Source: Halocafeteria seosinensis (Eukaryota). Taken from it: a stretch of DNA of 64,000 nt. Under the pieces are notes generated by a model. That model saw only the letters and a program-made list of their open reading frames with translations, searched no databases and was not told where the DNA came from. Position numbers and translations under genes: made by a program. The DNA is taken from assembly GCA_001687465.1 (NCBI GenBank), contig LVLI01000141.1, positions 62,001 through 126,000 on the forward strand, read 5' to 3'. Shown one piece after another: positions 63,401 to 64,000 of this stretch; position 1 is the stretch's first letter; every line of letters begins with the position of its first letter.

Positions 63401-64000
63401 CGCGTTCCGAGGGACCTGAAGGACATCCAGGAGCACGAGGTGGACTTTCCTCCTCCATCCTTGACTTACGATATTCCCCATCCCTCGCTTCCACGGAGAC
63501 CTGCGTTGGACATGGAACTGATCGGTTGTAATATAGATTCTGGTGAGGAGGGTGTCTTTGATGCCCATTGTTCGACTCGAGAATACTTGCTACAATTGGA
63601 CAATCCGTACGACAGAGCCGTACTGGACGAATTACTTACCCTGTACAGGCTCCGCCCTTCCTTCGTTATTGAGGAATTTAAACATAACGGAAAGCGAATT
63701 GAGCTAGGGTTTCGTTATTTGGATGGTACGTGGCCTCACACTCTGCAAAATTTGACTCTGGCATTGGTATACTGACTGCACGTGTGTTTTGCAGCGCCAA
63801 AGTTACGAGAAAAGTATAAAAGTCTAGCAGATGCGAAACGTCAAGAAATTGCACGATGCAAAGCGGACAGAGCAATACATGACAGCGAACTAGACCCTTC
63901 ATCCTTGGAAAGAATATCTGACTTGGAGAAAGAGAGAGTTGTACTCGAAACTGAGTACGATAATGCTTCTAAGTCTATTAGATACGTTACAGTAAAAAAT
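60439..64000 (+). CDS. Large LRR protein (RNI-like repeats, LRRC74-like), 3' truncated by window edge
   Basis: Long disordered N-terminus, then SPRECYLNVC..LPPEPLL..LNFAYYGLG and 28-aa LRRs (LKELYLSWNHFGEDG, LEVLDLSCNSV). Spliced; start codon uncertain. Confidence 0.8.

Noticed and set aside
1..64000. Non-canonical (AT-AC, GC-AG or Introner-like) introns
   Set aside because: Every intron I traced is GT-AG and the intron sequences are not similar to each other. Not all junctions were checked.

Overview
Compact, gene-dense eukaryotic nuclear DNA with a standard genetic code and many short (about 50-80 nt) canonical GT-AG introns with GTAAGT/GTATGT/GTACGT donors. It is probably from a stramenopile-like protist, inferred loosely from eRF1 and RFC1 wording. 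About 23 protein-coding genes can be assembled across introns: ALG5 (partial), acetyl-CoA hydrolase/CoA-transferase, thymidylate kinase, RFC1, a 4-TM PPxY protein, a thioredoxin-UIM-PUB protein, an intronless LRR protein, CWC16/YJU2B, a large unknown protein, a small hypothetical protein, DUF2237, two tandem purple acid phosphatases, (6-4) photolyase, a CCX exchanger, eRF1, SulP, SMYD, an ankyrin-PAM2 protein, importin-7/8, an ELMO-domain protein, GH38 alpha-mannosidase and an LRRC74-like protein (partial). I found no rRNA, tRNA, CRISPR array or intact mobile element, and no clearly new multi-gene system. The best leads are a patchy gene-conversion tract between the phosphatase paralogs, convergent genes 3-5 bp apart, unusual domain architectures, a decayed 10.5-12.8 kb island with a GC-rich fragment, a shared TGACGTCA promoter motif, and two candidate structured RNAs. 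All assignments are from motif recognition by eye; exon boundaries and start codons are predictions.
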